From: Polyangiaceae bacterium
Lineage (GTDB): Bacteria; Myxococcota_A; Polyangia; Polyangiales; Polyangiaceae
Length of the DNA: 64,000 nucleotides
Direction of reading: 5' to 3'
Assembly: GCA_044376115.1 (NCBI GenBank)
Contig: JBILLK010000016.1
Span: 32,001 to 96,000 of the forward strand
Numbering within the stretch: the stretch's first letter is position 1; each line of letters begins with the position of its first letter. The notes beneath the pieces are model-generated. The model saw only the letters and a program-made list of their open reading frames with translations, was not told the origin of the DNA and did no database searches. Both the position numbers and the translations under genes were made by a program. Positions 55,414 through 64,000 of the stretch are shown here, piece after piece.

Positions 55414-57192
55414 ATGTTTTCTCCGAATCAGCTGAAGTTCCGACACTCGCCGCTCCTGCTTGCCCTCGCGGGCATCGGTTTTGGCGGCTGTTCGTTTCAG
55501 CTCGAGACGGATCCGCTGCTCGACAACGGTTGTGTGGCCAACGTTGATTGCGCGTCCGGGGACGCTTGCGTGGATTCAGCCGTTCTCGGGCGCGGCGTGT
55601 GTGTCGCCACCGAGTCTGAGCTCGGCCAGGTCGTGCTCGAGGTCAAGCGCACCGATCGCGGCAGCGCTTCCTACGTCTTTGCCGATGTCCTCACCGTGAA
55701 TGAAGAATCGTCGACCGGCCTGTTGAAGACGATCGAGCTGCGTCTACCCAAGGACCTGCCGGTGGTCGGCAAGCTGTTGGCGGATGAGGGCGTCAGCGGT
55801 GAGGGCTGCGTCGCCAGCGACGGCTCGGTGCCGGTGGAAGTCACCTTGCACCGTCGGTTTGAAACCGGGCCGTTTCGCTCGGAGGTCACTTCGCTCTCCA
55901 GCATCGTGGCGGAAGGCGATGGCACCACGGCGGCCTTTGCGTTGTCGGTTCCCGCCGGTAATTACGATGCTTACTTGGTGCCGAGCAAGATCGATGGCTG
56001 TCCGGCCATGCCGCCTCGTTTGGTCCCGGTGGTCGTGAGCGAGCCGGAGATCCCCGGCGATCCCGGTCTGGTGCTCGAGCCAGCGGATGATTTGTCGAGT
56101 TCGTTGCAAGGGACGTTGACGGTCCCGGTCGACGTGGCGATGGAAGGGTGGACGCTGGAGCTGGTTGACCCGACTTACGGGCACGTCATCTCCGAGTCGT
56201 TCGAGCTGGTTACGCCGCCGACAGGCGAGTCGACGCTCAAGATCGGTGGAGAGGACGGAATCGCCTACAACCACGTAGAGGGGGCGATCTTGCGGCTGCG
56301 CGACGCGAGCGGCGGCCTTTCGGTGCATTGGTCGGTGGCTGCGCTGGATCTCAACTCGGACCGCGTGGTCGACATCGACATCCGCGATTTGGTGGCCGTT
56401 CCAGAGCCGGTTGAAGCCACCGTGATCGACAGCACTGGTGCCATCGTGCCTAACGCCCAGGTGACGTTGCAGAGCCTTTCACTCACCGGTACCGCCAATC
56501 AGAACGCCTCCTTCCGCGTGGCCACTCAAAGCGATCCGGAGGGCATTGTGCGCGTCGCGCTCGTTCCCGGTACGTACTCCGTTTCGATCGTACCCAATGA
56601 GTCTGAGCCGGGAGTTGCGGCCTTCATCGGTGAGTGGACGATCGCGCAGAACCTCGGTGGTACCGGCAAGGGATTCGAACTGACGGCGAAGACCACCGTG
56701 GCGGGCACGATTCAGAATCGGTTGGGAGAGGATTTGGGCGCGGCGCCCATGTTGTTCGGGCCGCGGCAAACGCTGGTGGCCAACTACTTCTCGCAGGCGT
56801 TCCAGGTGGATGGCCAGGTCACTCGGTTCGCTACCACCACCACCGGACTGTTGGGAGACTTCGAGGCTACGTTGGATCCGGGCACCGTCGATGTAGCCGT
56901 TCAGATGCCCGCGGACTCCGGTTTCCCCTGGCTCGTGCTGCCGAGCTTGGTGATCCCGCCGGCCGCGCAAACCGCCACGGTGGACCTCAAGACCTTGGAG
57001 ATGCCCAGCCCCGTGTTGGTCCAAGGCGTGGTTCGGGACGCCGACGGAAACCCAGTTTCGCTCTCGCTCGTCGAGGCCTACGTCCCTGGGGCCGAGGTCG
57101 GAGCGCCGTTGATTCAGGTCGGTTCATCGGCCACCGACGGAAGTGGCGCCTTCATCTTGCCGCTGCCATCGCGGATCACCGTGGCCCCCTGA
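55414..57192 (+). CDS. Lipoprotein with a Cys-rich N-terminus and tandem carboxypeptidase-regulatory-like beta-sandwiches
   Basis: Lipobox FGGC and repeated G.V.D..G.P....V...TD..G.F.L...PGTY units. Confidence 0.8.
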   Translation: MFSPNQLKFRHSPLLLALAGIGFGGCSFQLETDPLLDNGCVANVDCASGDACVDSAVLGRGVCVATESELGQVVLEVKRTDRGSASYVFADVLTVNEESSTGLLKTIELRLPKDLPVVGKLLADEGVSGEGCVASDGSVPVEVTLHRRFETGPFRSEVTSLSSIVAEGDGTTAAFALSVPAGNYDAYLVPSKIDGCPAMPPRLVPVVVSEPEIPGDPGLVLEPADDLSSSLQGTLTVPVDVAMEGWTLELVDPTYGHVISESFELVTPPTGESTLKIGGEDGIAYNHVEGAILRLRDASGGLSVHWSVAALDLNSDRVVDIDIRDLVAVPEPVEATVIDSTGAIVPNAQVTLQSLSLTGTANQNASFRVATQSDPEGIVRVALVPGTYSVSIVPNESEPGVAAFIGEWTIAQNLGGTGKGFELTAKTTVAGTIQNRLGEDLGAAPMLFGPRQTLVANYFSQAFQVDGQVTRFATTTTGLLGDFEATLDPGTVDVAVQMPADSGFPWLVLPSLVIPPAAQTATVDLKTLEMPSPVLVQGVVRDADGNPVSLSLVEAYVPGAEVGAPLIQVGSSATDGSGAFILPLPSRITVAP

Positions 57193-57241
57193 GGCAAGGA
57201 ACGACTTCGGTTTACCGGCAGCGTGGGGTACGCTGCCAGCG

Positions 57242-58309
57242 GTGCATTCTTCTCGGACTAAACGAGAACAGGAGCTCGAGGCGGCTCTTCACGACGTGGG
57301 CAATTCGCTCACCGTGATCCTGGGTTGGATCGAGGAGGCCCGGCAAAAGGCCGGAGATGAGCGGCAGGCGCTCGAACTCGGGCTGGCCCGGGCCAAACGT
57401 GCCGTACACGTCTGTCGAGCCGCCATCGGCGCTGAGCCTGCGCAGGCTCCAGCTGAGGGGCTCGCCGATTTGTTGGGCGAGCTGCGGGCGACCTTGGCCA
57501 AAGAGGTCGGTCGGCGCGGGGCTACGTTGGAGGTCGAGCTCGCGGCGGAGCTCGAGGCGGCCTGGGTGGTACGCGGCTCGGAGCTGCTGTCGATCCTCGA
57601 GAACCTCGTGCTGAACGCGCTCGAGGCTGGCGCTGCGGTTGCGCCGCGCGCCCTCCAACTTCGAGTGGGCGTCACGAGCGCTGGCCCGCGCATGATCAGC
57701 CTGCACGTGAGTGACAACGGCCCCGGCGTTCGCGAGGAGCTCAGGTCGAAGTTGTTCACCGCGGGCTTCACCACCAAGCGAGCCGGCGCAGGGATCGGCT
57801 TGGCCCACGGGCGCGCTGTCGCCCTCAGCGTCGGCGGTTCGCTCGATCTACTACTAACGACGCACACGGCTGGCGCGACCTTCGAGCTGTGTTGGCCGCA
57901 CGCCGCGCGCAACCAACCGTTCGAAGCGACGCCGCACACCATGCGCCGGCGGGATCTGACCGGGGTTCGCATCGCGCTGATCGAGGATGATCCCAGCGTG
58001 ATCGAGTTGCTCGAGATGGTGCTCGCGGCTCGCGGCGCCGAGGTGCAGTCCTTCGCCGATCACGCGCGCTTTCAGGTCGCTCTCTGCGAAGGCCCGTTCG
58101 ATGTCGCGCTACTCGACGCATCGCCGTTCGGCGCCTCGCTCGAGAGCAGCCTGCAGCAGCTACGCGGCCAACACCCGCAGATGGATCTCGTGTTGATCTC
58201 CGGCGCCAGCGATCCGGGGGCCACCTTGGGCAAGCTCGGCGTGACCTGGATTCGCAAGCCCTTCGATGTCGAAGAGGTGGTTTTCGTCGTGCAGACCCTC
58301 AAGCGTTGA
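57242..58309 (+). CDS. Hybrid histidine kinase/response regulator lacking an input domain
   Basis: H-box LHDVGNSL near the N-terminus, NLVLNA, DNGPG, FTTK and GIGL; receiver IEDD...LLD...SG...KPF. Confidence 0.88.
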   Translation: MHSSRTKREQELEAALHDVGNSLTVILGWIEEARQKAGDERQALELGLARAKRAVHVCRAAIGAEPAQAPAEGLADLLGELRATLAKEVGRRGATLEVELAAELEAAWVVRGSELLSILENLVLNALEAGAAVAPRALQLRVGVTSAGPRMISLHVSDNGPGVREELRSKLFTAGFTTKRAGAGIGLAHGRAVALSVGGSLDLLLTTHTAGATFELCWPHAARNQPFEATPHTMRRRDLTGVRIALIEDDPSVIELLEMVLAARGAEVQSFADHARFQVALCEGPFDVALLDASPFGASLESSLQQLRGQHPQMDLVLISGASDPGATLGKLGVTWIRKPFDVEEVVFVVQTLKR

Positions 58310-58311
58310 AC

Positions 58312-59523
58312 ATGAAACAAAAGTCGATTGAGTACGTTCCCGAGGCGCCGCTCGCCTTGCTGAGTGACACCGGGCTCGCGACGGCTGGCGTCGCCGCTGG
58401 CATCAAGGCGAGCGGGCGCCCCGATGTGGCGCTGATGGTGGCCGAGCGCGCCGTACCGGTCGCCGCGCTGTTTACGCAAAACGCCTTCGCCGCGGCGCCG
58501 GTGCTGCGCTGTCGTGAGCACCTCGCCAAGACCGGCGGTTTGGCGCGCGCGATCGTGATCAACTCGGGCAACGCCAACGCGTGCACCGGTGCCCAAGGGG
58601 AGGCCGACGCCTTGGCGATGTGCCGGCTCACTGCCGAGCTCGTGGGCTGCGCGGTCGAGGAGGTGCTTTGTGCTTCCACCGGCGTGATCGGCGTGCCGCT
58701 GCCGTTCGAGAAGCTGGCCGCTGGGATTCGGCGCGCGCACGGCGAGCTCGCTGTCTCACGCGAGGCCGCCAAGCGTTGTTTGGCCGCGATCCAAACCACC
58801 GACGCCTTCGAGAAGCAGGCCGGTGGCAGCTTCACGCACGGCGCGCATACGCTCAACGTCGCAGGCATCGCGAAGGGCGCCGGCATGATCGAGCCGAACA
58901 TGGCGACCATGCTCTCCTTCGTCGCGTTCGACGCCAAGGTCGGGCCAGCCGAGCTCTCGCAGGCCATCCGTCGCATCGCCGCGGGCTCCTTCAATGCGGT
59001 TCACGTCGATTCGCACACCTCGACCAACGACTCCTTCTTCCTGTTGGCGACCGGCTCGCAGGAGGTCGCCGGCTGGGAAGCGCACGTCGCTGAGGTCTCC
59101 GAGCGGCTCGCGTGGTTGATCGCGCGAGACGGTGAGGGCGCCACCAAGGTGACGCGGATCGAGGTCCGCGGCGCCGAGAACGACGCTACGGCGAACGAGA
59201 TCGCACGCACCATCGCCAAAAGCGCGCTCGTCCGCACGGCCTTGTTCGGCAATGATCCGAACTGGGGCCGCTTCGTCAGCGCGGCCGGGAACTCCGCTCA
59301 CGTGCGCGTCGCGAGCGAGGTCTCCTGCGTGCTGCTCGGTACCACCGTGTTCGAGCGTGGCGAGCCCACGGTCTTCGACAAGGCTCAGCTCAGTCGGGCC
59401 CTTTCACAAACCGATGACGTTCGTCTCGAGCTGCAGGTCGGGCCAGGCCCAGGCCGTGCGACCGTGCTCACCAGCGATCTCGGCTACCGCTACGTCGAGA
59501 TCAACGCCGAGTACACGACCTAA
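58312..59523 (+). CDS. argJ: Ornithine acetyltransferase / N-acetylglutamate synthase ArgJ
   Basis: NSGNANACTG, STGVIG, TTD, KGAGMIEPNMATML, TSTND autocleavage site, DGEGATK, DPNWGR and INAEYTT. Confidence 0.96.
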   Translation: MKQKSIEYVPEAPLALLSDTGLATAGVAAGIKASGRPDVALMVAERAVPVAALFTQNAFAAAPVLRCREHLAKTGGLARAIVINSGNANACTGAQGEADALAMCRLTAELVGCAVEEVLCASTGVIGVPLPFEKLAAGIRRAHGELAVSREAAKRCLAAIQTTDAFEKQAGGSFTHGAHTLNVAGIAKGAGMIEPNMATMLSFVAFDAKVGPAELSQAIRRIAAGSFNAVHVDSHTSTNDSFFLLATGSQEVAGWEAHVAEVSERLAWLIARDGEGATKVTRIEVRGAENDATANEIARTIAKSALVRTALFGNDPNWGRFVSAAGNSAHVRVASEVSCVLLGTTVFERGEPTVFDKAQLSRALSQTDDVRLELQVGPGPGRATVLTSDLGYRYVEINAEYTT

Positions 59524-60344
59524 GGCTTCGTTGCCGTCGTCGGCGTCGCTGCGCGTTCGGCGCAACATCGAAAGCCGAGCTCGTAGCTCCGAAAGCCCGT
59601 AGGGTGGGCGAAGTTCACGTACTCGCAGCTCGGCGTGTGTGGCGGGCGGAAACACTTGCCCCAAAAGCAGCCTTTGACGACGTGACCGTAGTTCGTCTCG
59701 TTCTTGCGAGTGCGCACCACCCACTCGCCGACGTTACCGGTGAGATCGACTACGCCCTCACTCGACGTGCACCCCGGGCGCGCGCCGGAGGGCTCCGATT
59801 GATCGAGCCGCTCGGCCTCCAACGTTGCTGCTTCCGCGGGCCACGTACCGAGCTTCTTCCAGTTGGCCGCACGATACTGACCGTCGTCGTTGCACACGCC
59901 GGCTTGGTATTTCTTGCCGTAGGGAAACGGATTGCCGGCGGGCCCTTCACATGCTCGCAGCCATTCGTCCTCGGTGCACAGATGTTTGCCGCGCCCCTCG
60001 CAGTAGACCTCACCGTCTTTCGCCGTCTGCATGCGCAAAGGCTTCGCGCCCTTTTGGTTGGGCGCTTCGTAGCGATCGATGCAGGCCGAGCCGAGGTCGA
60101 CCATATCCGCAGGGCAGGGCGTTTGGAGCTCATTCATTGCAGGCGCGCTCGAGCTTGCTACGGAAGGCGCGCTCGAGGGTTGCGGCGCTGCGCCGGTTAC
60201 GTCGCTCGATGCACTCGTCATCCCCGAGTGCGAGGCAACAAGCTCAGGCGTCGCAGCAAGCGGCTTTGGCTCCGGCGACGGCCCCGCGCAGCCGATCAAA
60301 ATCAAAAGCTGTGCAGACCAACGCAAGACCGACCTACGACACAA
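59520..60344 (-). CDS. FGE-sulfatase (SUMF1/EgtB/PvdO) domain lipoprotein
   Basis: CPADM, CIDRYE, LCTEDEW..AC, DLTGNVGEW and GFRCC; lipobox LIGC. Confidence 0.9.
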   Translation of the reverse strand: MCRRSVLRWSAQLLILIGCAGPSPEPKPLAATPELVASHSGMTSASSDVTGAAPQPSSAPSVASSSAPAMNELQTPCPADMVDLGSACIDRYEAPNQKGAKPLRMQTAKDGEVYCEGRGKHLCTEDEWLRACEGPAGNPFPYGKKYQAGVCNDDGQYRAANWKKLGTWPAEAATLEAERLDQSEPSGARPGCTSSEGVVDLTGNVGEWVVRTRKNETNYGHVVKGCFWGKCFRPPHTPSCEYVNFAHPTGFRSYELGFRCCAERAATPTTATKP

Positions 60345-62145
60345 GCGACGCTTGAATCAGGCCCAACAGCTCGTCGGGGGAGAACGGCTTGGAAAGAAAT
60401 GAGCCGTCCTCCATGGCGCGCGGATCGAGCATGTCGAAGGTGTAGCCCGAGACGTAGATCACCTTGAACCGCCGGCTTCCGCGCAGCTCACTCACGAGCT
60501 TCGGCCCAGCCATCTTCGGCATCACCACGTCGGTCACCACAAGCTCGATGTCGCCGGGGTGCGCGTTGGCTACGGCCAGTGCTTCCTCACCGTCTTTGGC
60601 CTCGAGCACGGTGTAACCGCGCGCGGTCAACGTACGCAGGGCAGCGCGCCGAAGCCCAGCGTCGTCCTCCACCAGCAGGATGGTGGCGCTGGTGACCGGC
60701 GTCTTTGCGCGACTCCCCGCGACCGCCTCGAGCACCAGCGAACTTCGCCGAGCCGTCGGGAAAACGAGAGTAAACGTCGTACCCTCGCCGGGCGAACTGG
60801 CCACGCTGATGTGACCACCGTGCTTCTCTACGATGCCGTACACCGTGGCCAGCCCGAGCCCAGTTCCTTGTCCCGGCCCTTTGGTCGTGAAGAACGGCTC
60901 GAACAAGCGGGCGCGCGTGGATTCATCCATGCCGCAGCCGGTGTCCTCGACCACCAGCGCGACGAACTGCGCCGGATCCTTCGGTAGATCCGAATCGGCC
61001 AGGTCGGCTGAGGTGGCTTGGCGCGTCGAGAGCCTCACCACGCCCCCATCGCTCATGGCGTCGCGCGCGTTCACCAGCAGGTTCAAAAAGACTTGCTCGA
61101 GCTGGGCTCGGTCCGCGCGTACGGGCGGGATGGTTGGATCGAGCTTGAGTTCGATCGTCACGTGTTCGCCTACCAACCGGCCGATGCCGCGCGTCAACTC
61201 GGTGCCCACGCGGTTTAGGTCCAGCACCTCTGGCCGACCCTCGTTGCGCCGGCCAAACGCGAGCAGCTGACGGGTGATCCGCGTCGCGCGCTCCACCGCT
61301 TCTCCGATCGCGAGCACGTCGTCGGACTCCTCGGTACCGGAGGCGAACTTCTCCGAAAGGAAGTCCACGTGATTTCGAATCACCGTCAGCAGGTTGTTGA
61401 AGTCGTGAGCAACGCCGCCGGCGAGACGGCCAATCGCCTCGAGTTTGCGAGCTTGCAGCAGCTGCTTCTGGGTGCGCTCGAGGTTGTCGAGGCTCTCTTT
61501 GAACCGGCGTGTGCTCTCGGCGAGCTCCTGCCCGCGAGACTTGAGATCGGAAACGAGCAAGGCTGCTTGCAGCGCTCGATCAACGTGGTTCTCGAGCAAG
61601 ACCAGAAAGGTCGCGTCCGCCTCTTCGGGGCCTTCTTCCTGGCCGCTTTCACCAGCCTGCTTCACCGCAACGATGGCGCCCATCGTCTCACCGGGCTTCG
61701 GGCGCAACGGGATGAGCACCACCCGACTTCCTTCCCAAGGCCCTTCATTCGGAAACAGCGCTTCGAGCAAGGCGGAAAGCGCGGGCGTATCGGGTGATTC
61801 GTCGAGTTTGAAGATGTTCGCAACGGGTTGCGCGCGAACGTATTGAACGACGGACACGGGGATCGGGCCTGGCGCGCGCGAGCTTTGTCGGCTCCGTTTC
61901 GCGAATACGCGCATGTCGATGCCCGAACCATCGAGCCCAAAGGCAGCCTTCGAATCAAGGGACAGCACCTGCCCGAGCACGAGCAGCGCTCGGTCGAGCA
62001 CGTCCCCGGGCTCTTCAGCGCTGGCGCAGCGAAGGGCAAAGTCACCAAGCGCGATGACGCGGTTGAGATCCCGCACGAGATCGAGACGCCCGCTACGCAA
62101 AGTAGCGTTCTCTTGCCGAAGGCGCTCGATCTCCTGGTCACTCAC
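60334..62145 (-). CDS. Hybrid sensor histidine kinase (GAF-like input, HisKA, HATPase, receiver)
   Basis: GGVAHDFNNLL, NARDAM, DTGCGM and FFTTKGPGQGTGLGL; receiver VEDD...TDVVMP...SGY...KPF. Confidence 0.95.
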   Translation of the reverse strand: MSDQEIERLRQENATLRSGRLDLVRDLNRVIALGDFALRCASAEEPGDVLDRALLVLGQVLSLDSKAAFGLDGSGIDMRVFAKRSRQSSRAPGPIPVSVVQYVRAQPVANIFKLDESPDTPALSALLEALFPNEGPWEGSRVVLIPLRPKPGETMGAIVAVKQAGESGQEEGPEEADATFLVLLENHVDRALQAALLVSDLKSRGQELAESTRRFKESLDNLERTQKQLLQARKLEAIGRLAGGVAHDFNNLLTVIRNHVDFLSEKFASGTEESDDVLAIGEAVERATRITRQLLAFGRRNEGRPEVLDLNRVGTELTRGIGRLVGEHVTIELKLDPTIPPVRADRAQLEQVFLNLLVNARDAMSDGGVVRLSTRQATSADLADSDLPKDPAQFVALVVEDTGCGMDESTRARLFEPFFTTKGPGQGTGLGLATVYGIVEKHGGHISVASSPGEGTTFTLVFPTARRSSLVLEAVAGSRAKTPVTSATILLVEDDAGLRRAALRTLTARGYTVLEAKDGEEALAVANAHPGDIELVVTDVVMPKMAGPKLVSELRGSRRFKVIYVSGYTFDMLDPRAMEDGSFLSKPFSPDELLGLIQASLVS

Positions 62146-62155
62146 GTTGCATTAC

Positions 62156-62860
62156 TCACTTCGCGAGCTTGCAATCCGAAACGGTGCCGGCGAACCAATC
62201 CTCGTTCTTCTCGTTCCAGGCCCCGGCGATGTCCCAGCGCACGGCGGGCGAGTTGATCTTGCCCTCGACCTTGAACTGGCACTTGAGCGTGAAGCGATCT
62301 TTCGGCCGAACGCTCTTTTCGAGCTCCGGTGCACTCCAAACGCCCGCGGCTAGCAGCCGGGCCGAACCATCGGCGAGCGAGTAGGGCCGCAGCATGTTGC
62401 CGTCTTCGAGCTTCTTCTCGTGACGCTTGCTCTTCGACTCGTATTCGCAACGCTTACCGGCGAGCTCCGTCTCCGAAGCGCAGGAAAGCTTGGTGTCGTC
62501 GGCCGGATCGAGCGTCAAATCGACGGCGACAGTCTGCCCGACACGCCACTTGGGAGCGCCCCCGCCGAACGGGTTGTCGAAGCTGCCGAGGAACCAAAAG
62601 CCGCCGGCAAGCAGCACCATCACGGCAAAAAAGACGAACACGCTCTTGCCGAGGCCGGCCTCTGGAGAGGGGGGCTCAACCTCCTGCGTCGAGTGCGGCT
62701 TCGGCGTCGGTCGAGGCTCAGCTCCCTTGTTCGCTGAAGCTTTCTTCGGCGCGGGGGCCTCTGCTTCATCCTCGTCTTCCGCCGCCTGATCTTCGTCTTC
62801 CGCTGCGGAATCTTCGCCTGCGAGCTCTTCTTCAGCCGCTTTGTCGTCGTCCTTGGCCAT
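62156..62860 (-). CDS. Hypothetical single-TM protein with an acidic N-terminus
   Basis: Asp/Glu-rich N-terminus, TM segment VFVFFAVMVLLAGGFWF, and a periplasmic domain with 4 Cys. Confidence 0.8.
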   Translation of the reverse strand: MAKDDDKAAEEELAGEDSAAEDEDQAAEDEDEAEAPAPKKASANKGAEPRPTPKPHSTQEVEPPSPEAGLGKSVFVFFAVMVLLAGGFWFLGSFDNPFGGGAPKWRVGQTVAVDLTLDPADDTKLSCASETELAGKRCEYESKSKRHEKKLEDGNMLRPYSLADGSARLLAAGVWSAPELEKSVRPKDRFTLKCQFKVEGKINSPAVRWDIAGAWNEKNEDWFAGTVSDCKLAK

Positions 62861-62956
62861 TGCGCGCCGACCATATCAACGACTCGGCCCGATGTCACAG
62901 CCGGAAGGCGTCCGGTCGAGAATGACCTGCAGTCGGCCCGAGAGCGCGCGGCCGCC

Positions 62957-63613
62957 CTACCAATCGGAGAAGCGAAAGCCCAACGCGGCGCCGCCCGCGT
63001 AGGTTGCACCGAGCCTCATTTCACCGATCAAAAGGCCGACCTGGCCGGTCAGCCCGAAGTACGGATTCCAAACCCGATTCATCAGCGGGTCGATCTCCAT
63101 CTGCACCCGCAAAAGCAGCTCGCCGGTGTGGTCGAAGCCCTCGCCGATACCGCGTCCGAGCGCGTGGTAGGCGCCACCAAAGCCACCGCCCAGGCGAAAC
63201 CAACGCCAAGGCTTCTGGTACATGGCGTTGAGGCCCGCGCTGAAGGCCTCATCCCCGCCCAGAATCTGGCCGCCGGCAAAGCCGATCTCGGTGTAAAACC
63301 CTCCGATCCGCGTCTCACTGCCCAGCGAGATGGTGGCGGTCTCCTGCAACACGGCGAAGTCGGGGACGCCGTCCAGATCGTCATCGGCGGGCATCCCGCG
63401 AATGATTGCGCCCGCGTCGGCGCGCATGCTGAAGGCGAGAGAGGGCGGCCGCTGCACCGGGGCAATGCCAACGGGGAGGCCCGCAGGCACCCCGTTGGCC
63501 GAGCCGGTGGCCGCTCCATTGGCGACCACCTGGGCTTCAGCCGTTCGCAGCGGCAGCAGCCCGAGCGCAGCCGTTGAAGCCAGAAGCAACCACCTTGAGC
63601 ACGAACGCCGCAT
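62957..63613 (-). CDS. Exported small beta-barrel-like hypothetical protein
   Basis: Signal peptide, amphipathic strands and terminal LGFRFSDW. Confidence 0.7.
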   Translation of the reverse strand: MRRSCSRWLLLASTAALGLLPLRTAEAQVVANGAATGSANGVPAGLPVGIAPVQRPPSLAFSMRADAGAIIRGMPADDDLDGVPDFAVLQETATISLGSETRIGGFYTEIGFAGGQILGGDEAFSAGLNAMYQKPWRWFRLGGGFGGAYHALGRGIGEGFDHTGELLLRVQMEIDPLMNRVWNPYFGLTGQVGLLIGEMRLGATYAGGAALGFRFSDW

Positions 63614-63662
63614 GCATCGTCTTACGTTGGCGGCGTGAGGCTCTGCGCGGCGCAATGCTGCT

Positions 63663-63995
63663 TTACGTGGCGCACACTTCGGAGCGGGTGAGGAAGCGTT
63701 TGCCGCTGGGAGCTTCGAGCGAAAAGCCGCTGCCGCGCCCCTTCACGACGTCGATGGTGAGCTCGGTGTGTTGCCAACGCTCCCACTGATCCCCGCCGAT
63801 GTAGAAAGGGCACCCCTCGATCTCGCCGAGCAGTACGTCGCGCTCGCCCAGACGGAAGTCACCGAGCACGAAGCACATCGGCGCGCTGCCGTCACAGCAG
63901 CCGCCCGATTGGTGAAACATCAGCGGGCCGTGCAACGCCCGAAGCTCACGGATCAGCTCCGCGGCCTCGGGGGTGCAGCGAACGGTCGAGCTCAG
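63663..63995 (-). CDS. DUF779 family protein (usually linked to aldehyde dehydrogenase)
   Basis: TPEAAELIRELRALHGPLMFHQSGGCCDGSAPMC and GRGSGFSLE. The 5' end is uncertain (CTG 63995 or beyond the window). Confidence 0.88.
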   Translation of the reverse strand: MSSTVRCTPEAAELIRELRALHGPLMFHQSGGCCDGSAPMCFVLGDFRLGERDVLLGEIEGCPFYIGGDQWERWQHTELTIDVVKGRGSGFSLEAPSGKRFLTRSEVCAT

Positions 63996-64000
63996 AAGAA

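Overview
GC-rich chromosomal segment that looks myxobacterial, probably Polyangiaceae/Sorangiineae. That call is inferred from a MYXO-CTERM sorting signal, about 20 Cys/Gly-rich lipoproteins, Ser/Thr kinases, a zinc-ribbon TPR protein and a giant TPR protein. It holds about 50 genes and one canonical tRNA-Pro(CGG). No transposase, integrase or CRISPR array was seen. Three candidate novel systems stand out. (1) At 4734-12783, a co-directional cluster built around a MosA/MosB molybdenum-storage-protein pair. It also has an EcfT/S-component fusion with no ABC ATPases, a MYXO-CTERM surface protein, a diheme cytochrome c lipoprotein and a lipoprotein with tandem molybdopterin-oxidoreductase-like domains, which suggests a Mo/W or Moco scavenging and storage locus. 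(2) At 31369-31455, an unannotated tRNA-like RNA with a perfect 7-bp acceptor stem, a T-arm and an encoded ACCA end, but no canonical D or anticodon arm. It lies directly behind a sigma54-type promoter. (3) At 31466-36046, an operon with a small and a large lipoprotein that share a MACPF-signature-like domain, two coiled-coil/beta-barrel proteins and a dedicated TlpA thioredoxin, possibly a pore-forming system. All family calls come from motifs read by eye; no database searches were run.
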